Positions 1 to 10,462 of a DNA stretch of 32,000 nt are shown in pieces; the first letter of the stretch is position 1, and the number at the start of each line of letters is the position of its first letter. The notes under the pieces are model-generated. The model did not search any database, was not told where the DNA came from, and worked only from the letters and a program-made list of their open reading frames with translations. Source of the DNA: Candidatus Saccharimonadota bacterium (GTDB lineage: Bacteria; Patescibacteriota; Gracilibacteria; BD1-5; UBA2023); contig BAAFHK010000001.1 of the NCBI GenBank assembly GCA_042852035.1, forward strand, positions 718,308 to 750,307, in the 5' to 3' direction. Position numbers and translations under genes: made by a program.

Positions 1-1
1 T

Positions 2-3000
2 TTTTACGAATGGGATTTTGGTGATGGAAGTGCTCCCGTAAATGGAAATCTTGATTCTATAGAGCACATATATAATAAAACTGGGGTTTACACCGTAACA
101 CTCCATGTAAAAAATATAAATTGAACTGAGGAGAATCTTATTTCACGTACCATTTATATCACTGATACTGATAGTCCATTCGCACTTATTGATATTAGTA
201 ATGGCTCAAATACGATTGCTGAAAACCCAAATGGGTGTGAAGCAAGCGGTACAGGTTGATCTTTTATGATTAACCGATCAGAAAATACTAAAATTGATGG
301 AGCTAAGTCAGTAAATGTCGATGGAAATACTTCATGACTGAGCTATACATGGAGATACATGTGAAGGGTAAAAACAGGATCGTCTCTTTATGAGAAATTT
401 ACAGAACTCTGATGCTTTCCGATTGAGCTCACTGTTCGAAGTGAGAAAAACGGATCATCTCATACTACAAAAAGATTTCTCGAAATCAGAAACATGCCAC
501 CGAAACTTACTTCAATTACTTCAAACGTAGATTCAACAAAGAAGGATTCACAAAAACTTATCGCAACGGTAAATGCTAATGGCGCAAAAGATGAAGATGG
601 AGTTATAACATCCTATGTATGGTACTATACCACTGAAAGCGATAGCGAGAAACAAAATGTTAAAATTACTCAGCTTCCAACAACTTCTTTCGTGCTCCCA
701 AATATCTCAGAAAAATACTACTTTTGAGTAATTCTCGAAGATAATGACGGGGCTCGTGTCGACAGCACTGATACTCTTGCTGAACAAATACCTCTTATTA
801 CTTCAAATGATGAGGCCAACATTAATATGCCCCTTATCAACTTAAGCGTTGATAAAACTCAAGCACTTACAGATGAAACAATAAACTTTTCCGTTTCAGC
901 AAAGAATATACTCGGAGCAGACATAACCGGAAAGAGTGAGTATTACTGGGATTTCGATGGTGATGGACACACCGATAAGAGAAGCTCTGAGGCTACCGCT
1001 TCATATGCATACAAAAATTCTGGAAGATATAATATGAAGGTAAAGGTTGTAAATAATGGTGTCTCAAACACAAAATACCAAGTAGTATATGTAAAAAATG
1101 AACTTAAAGCATCCATAAAATGATATCGCTATGGAAATGCTGTCTATTTTATCAACACAAGCAAGTGATCTTATGATAAAGTAGAATGGCAGTATGGAAC
1201 AAACGTATCCGAAAATCAGTACTCTTTTATGCTTCCTTGGCCAATGAGTACCTGAAGTGGTCAAGTTGGTACTTTTACAGTAAAAGCATGAACGAGTGAA
1301 GTATCGAGCACTGAAATATCTGAAAGCATAGTCGAAGAGACGCCAAAGCCTGAAGATGGTATTTCAATTCAAACATTTCCAATCATCCAAAGCGGAACAC
1401 TACTAGTACAAGGAGCTGGAGAAAAAATACTCCTGAGTGCCTTCGGAAATAATGCAAAGGAATATGCAATAGATATCGATACAAAAATTGACAGCGATCT
1501 CGATGGTATTCCTGACAATGATAAAGATAATAAAGATACACCGTCATTTACTGATGGAAGTGTATTTGCGATTACAAACCTCGAAAGCGTAAAAACGAGA
1601 AATCGAGAAGTAAAGATAAGCCTTATTTGAGATGATTGAGCTACAATTGCTGTTAAAAAAATACCAGTCGTATTTAGCTATATTCCTGGAAATAATACCG
1701 ACACAACTGATTTAACATCTACATGAATTGTAGAGTCATTTAGTGCTATCGATAAAGAAAATCTCGAACAGTTACAATCAAAAATTCGCTCTCTAGAGTC
1801 CGACGATAGGATTATATTTACTCAAAAATACAACACACTCATTGAAAATTGGAGTGACCTCTACGAACGAACTCAGAATCTTCTCGAAATCCAAAAGGAG
1901 GTCGATGAAAGTGCCACTCTAGATGATAAAACAAAGGAGGATCTTTCAAAACTTATTGATATAATTCTTGTAGGAGATGCGCAAGCAACAAATGAAATTA
2001 GTGTTGCAAGTAGAGTAATAGAATGAATGATTAAACTCGATAATCCTGATAGGGACTATATAATTGAACGACTGGAACAAATTAAAGCTCATCCAGCAAA
2101 TCTAGCAGAAAATAAAGCTCTCTGAAAAGAAATCCTACTCAAGGTAGAATGAGATTCAAATCTTTCAAATGCTGATAAACTTCTCTTAAAGAGTCAACTT
2201 CAGATTATAGTAAATGGATGACAAGAAAGCATTCCTGCTGATGAAGTTATAGTACCAGTCGCAGAAACTTGATGAAGTGGTTGATTTTTTGGATTCATCA
2301 AGGGGGCTCTGATAATTTTTTGAGTACTTATTGCTATAATACTTGGACTTGTTTTAATTGGATATATTTTCTACAGGCTTTCTCGAAAGAAAAATGCTGA
2401 TATGGGGTTTCAGGATTTTCTTATTGATTCCATCGCACATAATAAGACTACCTCTAAAGAAGCTATTCGAAAAGAAGCTGAAACCACTGTAAAAGCAGTT
2501 GAATTGAAACCAACTGATTCATCTAATATCATCAACCCAGTACATGATCCTCTACAAAATTCAGCTCCAACCTCCCCTCTAAATAATATTCCATCTCCTG
2601 TTCCTGTATTTAAAGAAGAACCTCTCAGTCAGAAAAATACAACTCCTGTGGCATCACCTTTTGATCCTCTTAATTCAGGGAGCAAAGTAGATCCCCTTGC
2701 AGAGATTCATGAAGAAAAAAAGACTGAATCATTTGAAAAAAATACACCTGAATCAGGTTCAGTAGACCTTAATACAAACCAAAAGAATCCAGAAGAAGTC
2801 ACGGAAAAATCAGCAGATGACCAAAGTGAAATCCCTGACTGGCTTAAGCCACTACCAAAAAATTCTTCAAAGAATCTAGACGATACTCAAATATCTAAGT
2901 CAGAAGAAAATAATGAACCAAAAACAGAAACAACTGTAACAACCGATAAGAGTTCTATCTTATGACCCCAAGTTGACTCAACAAAAACTGAGGAAACATC

Positions 3001-3418
3001 ATCCACCAAAGAAGAAAATCCCCCTTCACCATCAAGTAGTGATGCTACTCTAGGAAGGCCTGATAGCCCATTAGAGAATAGTGATGAAGAATTAGTACCT
3101 GATTGGCTTAAGCCCCTAGGAGACTCCTCTGAAATAGTCAATGGAGACAGTCCTTCCCTCCTTCCAATGAATGACGTTAATAGCCCTTCGGATGATTATT
3201 CGCCTTTAATCGAAGAAACTCCTGCTGCGAGTGCGGAACTTCCAGAATGGCTTAAGGCATCGGCTTCAAATATTTCTCCTGAAGAAAAGAAGGATAAAAA
3301 ACCTGTGGAAACAAAAAAGAAAAAAGGAATAAAAAAAGCCCCAACAGCTCAAAAAGATGAAGATATCCAGCCTGAAAAAAAGATGGATAATCAAGATATT
3401 CCAGATTGGTTAAAATAA
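2..3418 (+). CDS. Large cell-surface protein, 5' end cut by the window edge. It has PKD-like repeats, one TM helix and a long low-complexity C-terminal tail with 4x [IVL]P[DE]WLK.
   Basis: One frame is open from position 2 to TAA 3416-3418 with TGA as sense; I checked every codon and found no in-frame TAA/TAG. It joins track ORFs 494-727, 827-1123, 2402-2965 and 3167-3418. PKD signatures: WDFGDGSAP...YNKTGVYTVTLHV (2-115) and YYWDFDGDGHTD...YKNSGRYNMKVKV (~941-1060). Calcium-binding-like DSDLDGIPDNDKDNKD (~1490-1540). TM segment GFFGFIKGALIIFGVLIAIILGLVLIGYIFY (~2279-2378). Confidence 0.85.
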
Positions 3419-3450
3419 AAAATCCCCCTCATTCATGGGGGATTTTGTTT
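3419..3450 (+). terminator. Rho-independent terminator
   Basis: 10-bp stem aaaatccccc (3419-3428) / gggggatttt (3437-3446) with an 8-nt loop, followed by gttt. It starts right after the TAA stop. Confidence 0.7.
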
Positions 3451-3476
3451 GACGGGATAAATGAATATGATATACT
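3449..3476 (+). promoter_or_regulatory. Sigma70-like promoter candidate for the 3499 gene
   Basis: TTGACG (3449-3454), 16-nt spacer, TATACT (3471-3476), 22 nt upstream of the ATG. No Shine-Dalgarno sequence is visible. Confidence 0.45.
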
Positions 3477-3498
3477 CTATTGTATAAATACTCCATTT

Positions 3499-5820
3499 AT
3501 GAGTGAACAAAATAATCAAAATAATAAGAAGGAAGATTCATGACAAGCACCTTCTCTTCTTGCTAGTATAATAAAAGCATCTGCTGAAAGAGCTGGAACT
3601 ACCATTCAGTCAGATTCTCAGCCTAAGCCTGAATCAGATACTCAAAAATCAGCAACTCTTTCAAAGAAAATACCACGAGAACCGATTTCCATAGCAACAA
3701 TCATCAAGATGCTTTGATCCCTACTTGTGGTATCAATTATCTTTTTTTGAAGCTTTTTAGCTTATGTTGCATTTAATCCAGCAGAAGCAGTATTTTTCGT
3801 CAATACTTTCAATATTGATCCGAAAGATATTCAAAGTTTGCTTCTAAAGCTTATAAATGTGACATTCTGATTCATGATGGTAGTAGTCTCAATTGTTTGG
3901 ATTATTACCCTGTTTAGAGCATTTTGGGTACCAAAAGACCTCAAAAGAAAACGTCTTCTCTCATGGTTATTGGCTGGAATCGTATGAATCATACTTTTTT
4001 CGATACTTGCGTTCTGGTGATACCTATTCAAGGTAGTAAGCGCCAGTGAATATGATAATCCGGATGGAAGCATTCTTATATATGATCAAGCAGGTTATAC
4101 TATTGAAAAATATCGAGGAGAATCAAGACTTTATAATACTCAAAACCTTATTTGACCTATTGATATATTCTTTGATATTCGATCGAATGCAAATCTTATA
4201 GCCAGAAGAAATCTTTATACCGTACAATGATTTGAAATTGATTTTGACGGAGCAAAATGTAATAACTGAAAGTCAGTTATATCTTGATCAAATCCAGCAA
4301 ATGAACAAAGTCTTATATGTAAGTTTGATGAAATTAAACCCTATAACATTAAGGGTTCCTATACTGTGAAAAATCGTGAATGAGAAACAATTACCGTTCC
4401 GATTAATCTACCAAGCATTGAAATTCGTTGACTTATTAGCGTAAAACAACAAAAAAATACAAGAAATCAGAAAATCGTAACTATCGATGCAAGTTCACTC
4501 AGGAAACTTGGTACCCCCCAATGGATATATGAATGAAGTAATAAGGTAGTAACTGAATCTACAATTACTGAACCAATTACTCTCGAGCCTACTAGAATAT
4601 GTTTTAAGATATTCCTTCAGTCTGGATGTGACAGAATTTTTATTCTCAAAGATGATGATTCAAAAACCATAAAATGATCGATACATGCTGAACAAGATGC
4701 TTTAGACAGCCGACTATTTCAGTTTTCCCTTTCTTGAATCTCAATTAATCCAAATCAAATACTGAATATAGAATGGCTCCTTGATGAAAAGAGCGTTATG
4801 TGTCTTAATTCCGAAGAAAAATGTAATTTTACTTTCATTACTTACTGAAGAAAAAACATAAAAGCCACTATAACGATAGCGAGTGGTGAAAAATATACAT
4901 TTAGAACAGAAGTGGATGTTATAGAGCCCCTCAATCTCGTACGTCATATCAAAATATTTAACAAGGATGGCGTCTTTCTCAATGGTGAAGAGACTTATGA
5001 TTATAGTCTACGATCATTTATTCTTAAAAATTCGATTATCCCTCCAGAAAGTCTTACATTTGATGCACGGGATGTTGTTTCTGCAAATCCAGGATACATA
5101 CTCGATAATGTCCACTGGAAAATAAGTGATGGAAGTGAAGTGCGAGAGCTTCGTGGGCTTAAAGTAGATATTGAATTTAATCAACCTCTCAGGTACAATG
5201 TGGAAGCAAAGATTATCTTCAAAAAATGAGTTGTATGAGAAAGTGACATAGAAGAAACGGTTACTGAGTATGCTATCGTTGATGTTGAAAGAAAGAAACT
5301 TATGCCTCGCCTCTCAATATCAAAAACATCTGACTATGTTCCTTCACTCATCACTGTTGACGCCTCTCAGTCTGAGATTGAAGAATGAGAAATCAAAAAG
5401 TTCGTCTTCGATTTCTGAGAAGGAAAAGTTCCAGCAGAAGGTGACGCCATCCAGCAGTATCAATATACTACCTCAGGAGAAAAAGAAATAGTACTTACCA
5501 TAGTCTCAGATACATGAGAAAAATCCTCAGTAAAGAAAATAGTAGTACTCAAAGATCAAATTAAAACAATTGACTGGAAACCAAGTATGAGCGTATGAAA
5601 CCCTTGAGTAAGTGTCGATTTTGAAGCCGCCTGAACAAACGGGCAAATAGAAGATTATGTATGGAATTTTGGAGATAATTCACCCGTTGAACGATGATTC
5701 CAGGTTTCACACGCATTCTCTTATCCTTGAAAATACACAATTACACTTACTATTATCTACTCCGATGGGACACAAAAAACCATGAAAAAGACCTACGAAG
5801 TAGTGCCATGAAATTCTTAA
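3499..5820 (+). CDS. Membrane-anchored protein (773 aa) with N-terminal TM helices and C-terminal Ig/PKD-like repeats
   Basis: ATG 3499 to TAA 5818-5820. The frame was checked line by line and is interrupted only by TGA. TM segments: SLLVVSIIFFGSFLAYVAF, FGFMMVVVSIVWIITLF, LLAGIVGIILFSILAFWGYLF. C-terminal PKD signature: YVWNFGDNSPVERGFQVSHAFSYPGKYTITLTIIYSDG (~5656-5770). Confidence 0.8.
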
Positions 5821-5832
5821 AGAATTCTCCTT

Positions 5833-5872
5833 AATAATAAGACCTCATAATTGCAGGTCTTATTATTTTTTT
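5833..5872. terminator. Bidirectional intrinsic terminator between convergent genes
   Basis: Perfect 13-bp stem aataataagacct (5833-5845) / aggtcttattatt (5855-5867) with a 9-nt loop. A T-run follows on the plus strand and an A-rich run precedes it. The 3' arm overlaps the pyrH double stop (TAA TAA). Confidence 0.75.
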
Positions 5873-6582
5873 GCGTGAACAAATGTTCCAATAATTTCCT
5901 CAGTACCAATCTGATCAATATCCTCTATCCTACAAACATAAATTGGCATTTCTTCATCATTTGCGAGCGCTATGGCTGACTTATCCATAACTCGAATATC
6001 TCTCGTAAGCACCTCATGCATATGAAGAGTTTCATGTCGTATGGCATCAGTATGCTTTTTAGGATCTTTATCATATATTCCATCCACCTTTGTAGCCTTA
6101 ACCACAACATCACAATCAAGCTCAAGTGCACGAAGAACAGCACAAGAATCAGTAGTAAAATATGGATTTCCTGTTCATCAAACACAGATAACAACTCTTC
6201 CCTTTTCAAGATGTCGAAGTCATCTTCGGCGAATAAATGTCTCAGCCACTCTATCAGTTGGAATAGCACTCATAACTCGAACATCAACTCATTCATGTTC
6301 TATAGCTTCACCGATTGCTAAGCCATTAATAATCGTCCCAAGCATTCACATATGATCTCATACTCACCTATCAAATCAGCCCTGCTCGAGAGTAATCCCT
6401 CTAAAAATATTGCCTCATCCGACAACTATAGCTATCTCAAGATTTCTTGATTGCACTAAAGATACAATTTTCTTTGCAAGAAAAGCGAGAAATTTTGGAT
6501 CAATTCCATATCACTGTTCTCATTGGAGGGCCTCTCATGATAGTTTTAAGAGAACACGTTTTGGTATATGATATTTGCGCAT
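5863..6582 (-). CDS. pyrH: UMP kinase (239 aa)
   Basis: ATG at 6580-6582 (minus strand) to TAA at 5863-5865. Motifs: KLSGEAL, VVGGGNIFRG, DHMGMLGTIING, GGTGNPYFTTDSCAVLRALE, KATKVDGIYDKDP. I count 12 in-frame TGA codons, most at glycines I recognise as conserved in PyrH. No in-frame TAA/TAG. Confidence 0.95.
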
Positions 6583-6620
6583 AAAGAATATTGATTAAAA
6601 AAATCCCGCTAAATGTAGGT

Positions 6621-7220
6621 CTATAGCGGAATAAATCTGGAATAGAAAAATACAACAAGTGAAAATGTTATAACTATAATAAGGAGTGTTGCAAGTCAGA
6701 GAATATAAGAATTTCTTTTTCACATTTCTTTTTCAAGGTCATGAATTTTTCATGAGAGAAAATTAGCATCACTATCCGTTTTCGTTTTTGCGCTTTCAAG
6801 AAGAAATGTAGCCTTTTTATATTCAACAAGTGGAATAGAATTTTTAAGCTCTGTTTCAGATTTTCCAAGACGATATGCTAAGTCTTGGATAATTTCATCT
6901 TTTTTTATAATAGTCTCTTGGGCATCTCGATAAAGAGTCGAAAAATCAATTCCTTGGTCTTTCATATTTTTTGGGGCAAGTTGCTTCTCTCGGTGGATGA
7001 TCTCTGGCTCTGGTTTTCACTGACTATCAATCACAACAAATTCTTCGGTATCTTCACCAACTTCAGACAAACGAAGATTCTCCACATCTTCTTCATGCAG
7101 GTACATCTTTTTTCAGATACGTTTTGTGCGAATGCGTCATGCTTGGATATGTCTATCAACCGTTCTTGTTGAGACAGAAAGTCTTCGTGCCGCTTCATTT
7201 CTATCAATAGCAAATGCCAT
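6621..7220 (-). CDS. Tail-anchored DNA-binding protein (199 aa): N-terminal excisionase/MerR-type HTH plus a C-terminal TM helix
   Basis: ATG 7218-7220 to TAG 6621-6623. N-terminus: MAFAIDRNEAARRLSVSTRTVDRHIQAGRIRTKRIGKKMYLHEEDVENL. C-terminus: LGLATLLIIVITFSLVVFFY. AAGGA sits 6 nt upstream of the ATG. Confidence 0.7.
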
Positions 7221-7256
7221 AGAAAGTCCTTAAAAAGTAGAATATGGACTCGGGTA

Positions 7257-7290
7257 TACAATAAGCCCATCTTTTGATGGGCTTATTGTA
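7257..7290 (-). terminator. Perfect 13-bp intergenic hairpin, possibly a terminator for the DKNYY operon
   Basis: tacaataagccca (7257-7269) / tgggcttattgta (7278-7290) with an 8-nt loop. There is no U-tract on either strand, so its function is uncertain. Confidence 0.35.
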
Positions 7291-7354
7291 TAAAACATAA
7301 GGAAAAAATCAATAAAGACTTTGGAATGTAGCTACTATGGTTGAGGCAAGAATT

Positions 7355-9082
7355 TTACTGACATACTTCTCTCGGTGACTTACTCCAGAAACACTGATAA
7401 TTTCTTATTTTTCCCTCATATTCAAGAAGTTCACGGCTAATAATTTTTACAGATTTTGGATTTTTGATGAGTTCGAGTCGAGTACCTGCAAAGTAGAAGT
7501 GATTTTTATCTCTGGCAAAACTATACCGAAGAGGTATATATGTTTTGTAATCTGCTGATTCTATTTTCCATCAAGCATAGTATATATTACTTTTATCTTT
7601 CGAATGGAGATCTTTCATAAGAACAAAGCTATTTGGATCTGAATTGAGGATTGGACGCTCATCATAGTAGACACGATTTTTATCTCGCATATAGTGATAG
7701 GTTTCTATCCAATTATATCCTCCAGTACTCATACCAGTGAAGCTTCTAGGATCAGCTCATGGTATTTTCTTGTCCTGATAGTATACACTCTTCTCATCGA
7801 GTGCTCGCCATGCTTCAAGTGCTTTAAAAGTTTTAGCGTTGCAAGGAAATTGTGTTCATTCGAACCAACAAGAACTCAAATCTTTCCCATAAGAAGTTCC
7901 TGAGAAAGCGATAAATGTATGAATATTTGCACCTGTAAGAATAATATACTCATCTCACCACATATGGGTATATATATTTTTTGAATCGTTATAATAATCA
8001 ACTGATCATGTAAATGGAGTCATGTCTAAGGGTTTCGGTATAGGTGAAAAGTAAAGATTATAGTATCCATTTTTATCTGCGAATCCTGAGGGAGTTTTAT
8101 GAAAAGTTGTTCCATCAAATCCCGTAAGCTCATACCCCTCACAACCAATCTCATTTTTACAACCTACGAATAGCTTTCACTTACTTTTTACGACTCCATT
8201 CCCAATATATTCATAATTTCAGATATCTATTCCGGAAATAGCGCTTCCAGTTGGAGTAAAAATATGATTCTTGTCTCATGCGAGCTGAGCATCAGGAAAT
8301 AGTCGAAAAGTCTTCATATCTACACCCACAGATATATCTGGAGAATATATATTTTTAGAATCAAATACAAAAATTCATGATTCAGTGAGTGTACTAAAAT
8401 CATATGATGGATACGACTTCATTTCTTTTATATCAATATATGCAATATGTGGTTCATCCTGAATTCTTTGCTTTGATGGAAAAAATGCGTCATTATAAGC
8501 ACCGTTTTTATCATAGAGGAATCGTGAACCCATAGGACTCATAAAAACTCAAAAAGTCGGTATATCGATACCTTCAATTCTGAGTATCGTACCATCTGCA
8601 GATCCCATATAATAGAGAACTTTTCCATCAGTCATATAATCATATTGAAGGTATTTCATCTTTGAAATATCAAAACCTGTCGGGATTCTGAGTGCAACAT
8701 TCCCGTGAAAAATATAATCTTTATCTATTCAGAGAGTTATTCCACTTTGGACCCTTATAATATGAAAGGTTGAAAGATCAGGGAAAACTGTAATTTGCTC
8801 ACTCTTTTTATTGTCCCAATAACCAAAATATTGACCATTATATAATAATCTCTCTCAGAGCTTCCCAAGGCAACCATCCTCGAAGATCTTTATATTCCTC
8901 CAATCTTTCCAGTCACCAAGAATATATCATCAAACAGTATAAAATGTAATATCATCATGAGCATAGCATTCTGAAATTTTTTTGTATGTTTTCGGGTTTG
9001 CTGATTCTGGAAGGTATGATTCTCAAGCAAAAATTTCTCAAAAAAGAGAAGAGAAGAGAAATATAGTAAGTAAGATTCTCAT
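7355..9082 (-). CDS. Secreted DKNYY-repeat protein (575 aa)
   Basis: ATG 9080-9082 to TAA 7355-7357, with every codon checked. Signal peptide: MRILLTIFLFSSLFGEIFA. Repeats: DKNHIF, DKNGYYN, DSKNIYT, EKSVYYQDKKIPGADPRSFT, RDKNRVYYDERPILNSDPNSFV, DKSNIYYAGWKIESADYKTY, RDKNHFYFAG. Confidence 0.75.
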
Positions 9083-9095
9083 AAATAATAAGTAC

Positions 9096-9737
9096 TTAAA
9101 AAGCTTCTAGAAAAATATCCATTATGGATAACATTTGATCAAACCAAGGGAATCGAGTGAAGTAAATAATTTCATTTTTCGAGAATCGAATATTTCTATT
9201 ATCTGGGAATGCTTCTTGTACTATAGGAAAAGCTTTTAAGAGATCATTACATGTAGGATATTTCTGTTGGAGTTTTTTGATCCAAACTGACTCATCTCCT
9301 TCTATAAATACATCAAGAAGAGATCTCGCCTCATAGCCACATCTTCCATTTTTTCTATCCCATCACATGACCGTTCCATATTTTTTCCCAAGTCGTATGA
9401 CGTTATCCTCACAAGAAAGTGTTGTAATGTGAAAAATGCTATAATTCGTCGGATATAATCCATCCTGATAATCAGAAAGCGCTACTATCAAATCACCTCC
9501 TCAAAATCACGGATAGGAAGTATTGGAGTAGCTTTGCCAGTACCAAGAAGTCGGATTTTCATATACATAATCTCGAAATGGAAAATCATAAGAGGAAAAT
9601 CCTATGTTTACTTTACCTGATTGTGTTTGATCTAAAGAGGAAATTCTGCCAACCATCACTTCTCAAGGAAAAGGCGGCATACAGGCAAAGACTGATAATG
9701 GAATAAGGAAAAGAGCTAAAAGAATGATTTTTTTCAT
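9096..9737 (-). CDS. Putative lipoprotein (213 aa), function unknown
   Basis: ATG 9735-9737 to TAA 9096-9098. N-terminus MKKIILLALFLIPLSVFAC is lipobox-like. It ends 13 nt upstream of the DKNYY gene, so the two are probably an operon. Confidence 0.6.
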
Positions 9738-9786
9738 AGAAAGAAGAACTTCAGGAAAGTATACGAAAAGACCCTAATACTCAAAT

Positions 9787-9819
9787 AAAAAAGACCCATC
9801 ATTTCCGATAAGTCTTTTT
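9787..9819 (-). terminator. Weak hairpin downstream of the tmRNA
   Basis: aaaaagac (9788-9795) / gtcttttt (9812-9819) with a 16-nt loop that holds a small atc/gat helix. The A and T tracts are part of the stem. Confidence 0.35.
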
Positions 9820-9886
9820 ATTGTTCCTTGTTTATCTCTTTTCGTATTTCGAAGAGGTAAAATTGGGACAGGTTTTGTTTCAAAAC

Positions 9887-10318
9887 TGGTGGAGATGGCG
9901 GGCACCGCCCCCGCGTGTAAAGAGGTACTATCAGCGTGTATTCCTATCTATAATCCATTTTTCGATACTTATTCCTATAAAAAAATGACAAAAAACCGGA
10001 AAAAGCTTCTTTCGTATACTTGCTCTCTTACGTTTGAAGATATCCTAGGAGAGAAGACTCATAATACGACATTTCCCTATCAGTTTCAGGAAGTGAAGGT
10101 TGTAGCAGGCCATTCGGCACTCATTTCCTTGGAAAAGGCTACACTGTTATGCGATTAGGCAAGAACAGCTGAAGGAGTTACTGCCTTCTTGAAAGAAGCA
10201 GCAAGAGCCTGAAGTGGAGATTTTGCATCTCTTGTGTGTCATTTGATAACGAGGCTGACTGCCCCGAGATAGCACGGTTGACCATACGATTCTCTTTATC
10301 GAATCCTATATCATCCCC
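9887..10318 (-). ncRNA. ssrA: tmRNA (transfer-messenger RNA), about 432 nt
   Basis: The minus strand starts GGGGAUGAUAUAGGAUUCGAUAAAGAG and ends GCGGGGGCGGUGCCCGCCAUCUCCACCA. The 7-bp acceptor stem GGGGAUG/CAUCUCC includes the G3:U pair that specifies alanine charging, and CCA is encoded. UAAAGAG near the 5' end pairs with CUCUUUA near the 3' end. The inferred tag ORF GCA AAA UCU ... GUU CUU GCC UAA (plus-strand 10155-10226) gives AKSPLQALAASFKKAVTPSAVLA; the resume codon is my inference. Confidence 0.85.
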
Positions 10319-10345
10319 GAGAAATTAATGTACTGAAGCTAGGCT

Positions 10346-10372
10346 ATTATAAGGAAAAATGGAAAGAATCAA
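10346..10372 (-). promoter_or_regulatory. Possible promoter for ssrA
   Basis: On the minus strand: TTGATT (10367-10372), 15-nt spacer, TATAAT (10346-10351), 27 nt upstream of the mature 5' end. This would leave a short leader for RNase P to remove. Confidence 0.3.
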
Positions 10373-10412
10373 AAAAGTTCAGTAATTATTCACGCTTTAT
10401 TATTAAAGAATC

Positions 10413-10445
10413 AAAAAACTCTCCGACATACCAATAATCGGAGAG
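10413..10445 (-). terminator. Rho-independent terminator of the 10463-10942 gene
   Basis: Stem ctctccga (10419-10426) / tcggagag (10438-10445) with an 11-nt loop. The A6 run at 10413-10418 gives a U6 tract after the stem on the minus strand. Confidence 0.7.
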
Positions 10446-10462
10446 AACACTGATGAGGAAAT

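Noticed and set aside
9889-10158. Track ORF of 89 aa on the plus strand.
   Set aside because: It lies entirely antisense to the tmRNA gene (9887-10318, minus strand). Its relative GC-richness comes from the RNA structure, not from coding.
7355-10318. A genomic island integrated at the 3' end of ssrA.
   Set aside because: I saw no integrase, no recombinase, and no direct repeat of the tmRNA 3' end within the window. The composition is not visibly different from the flanks.
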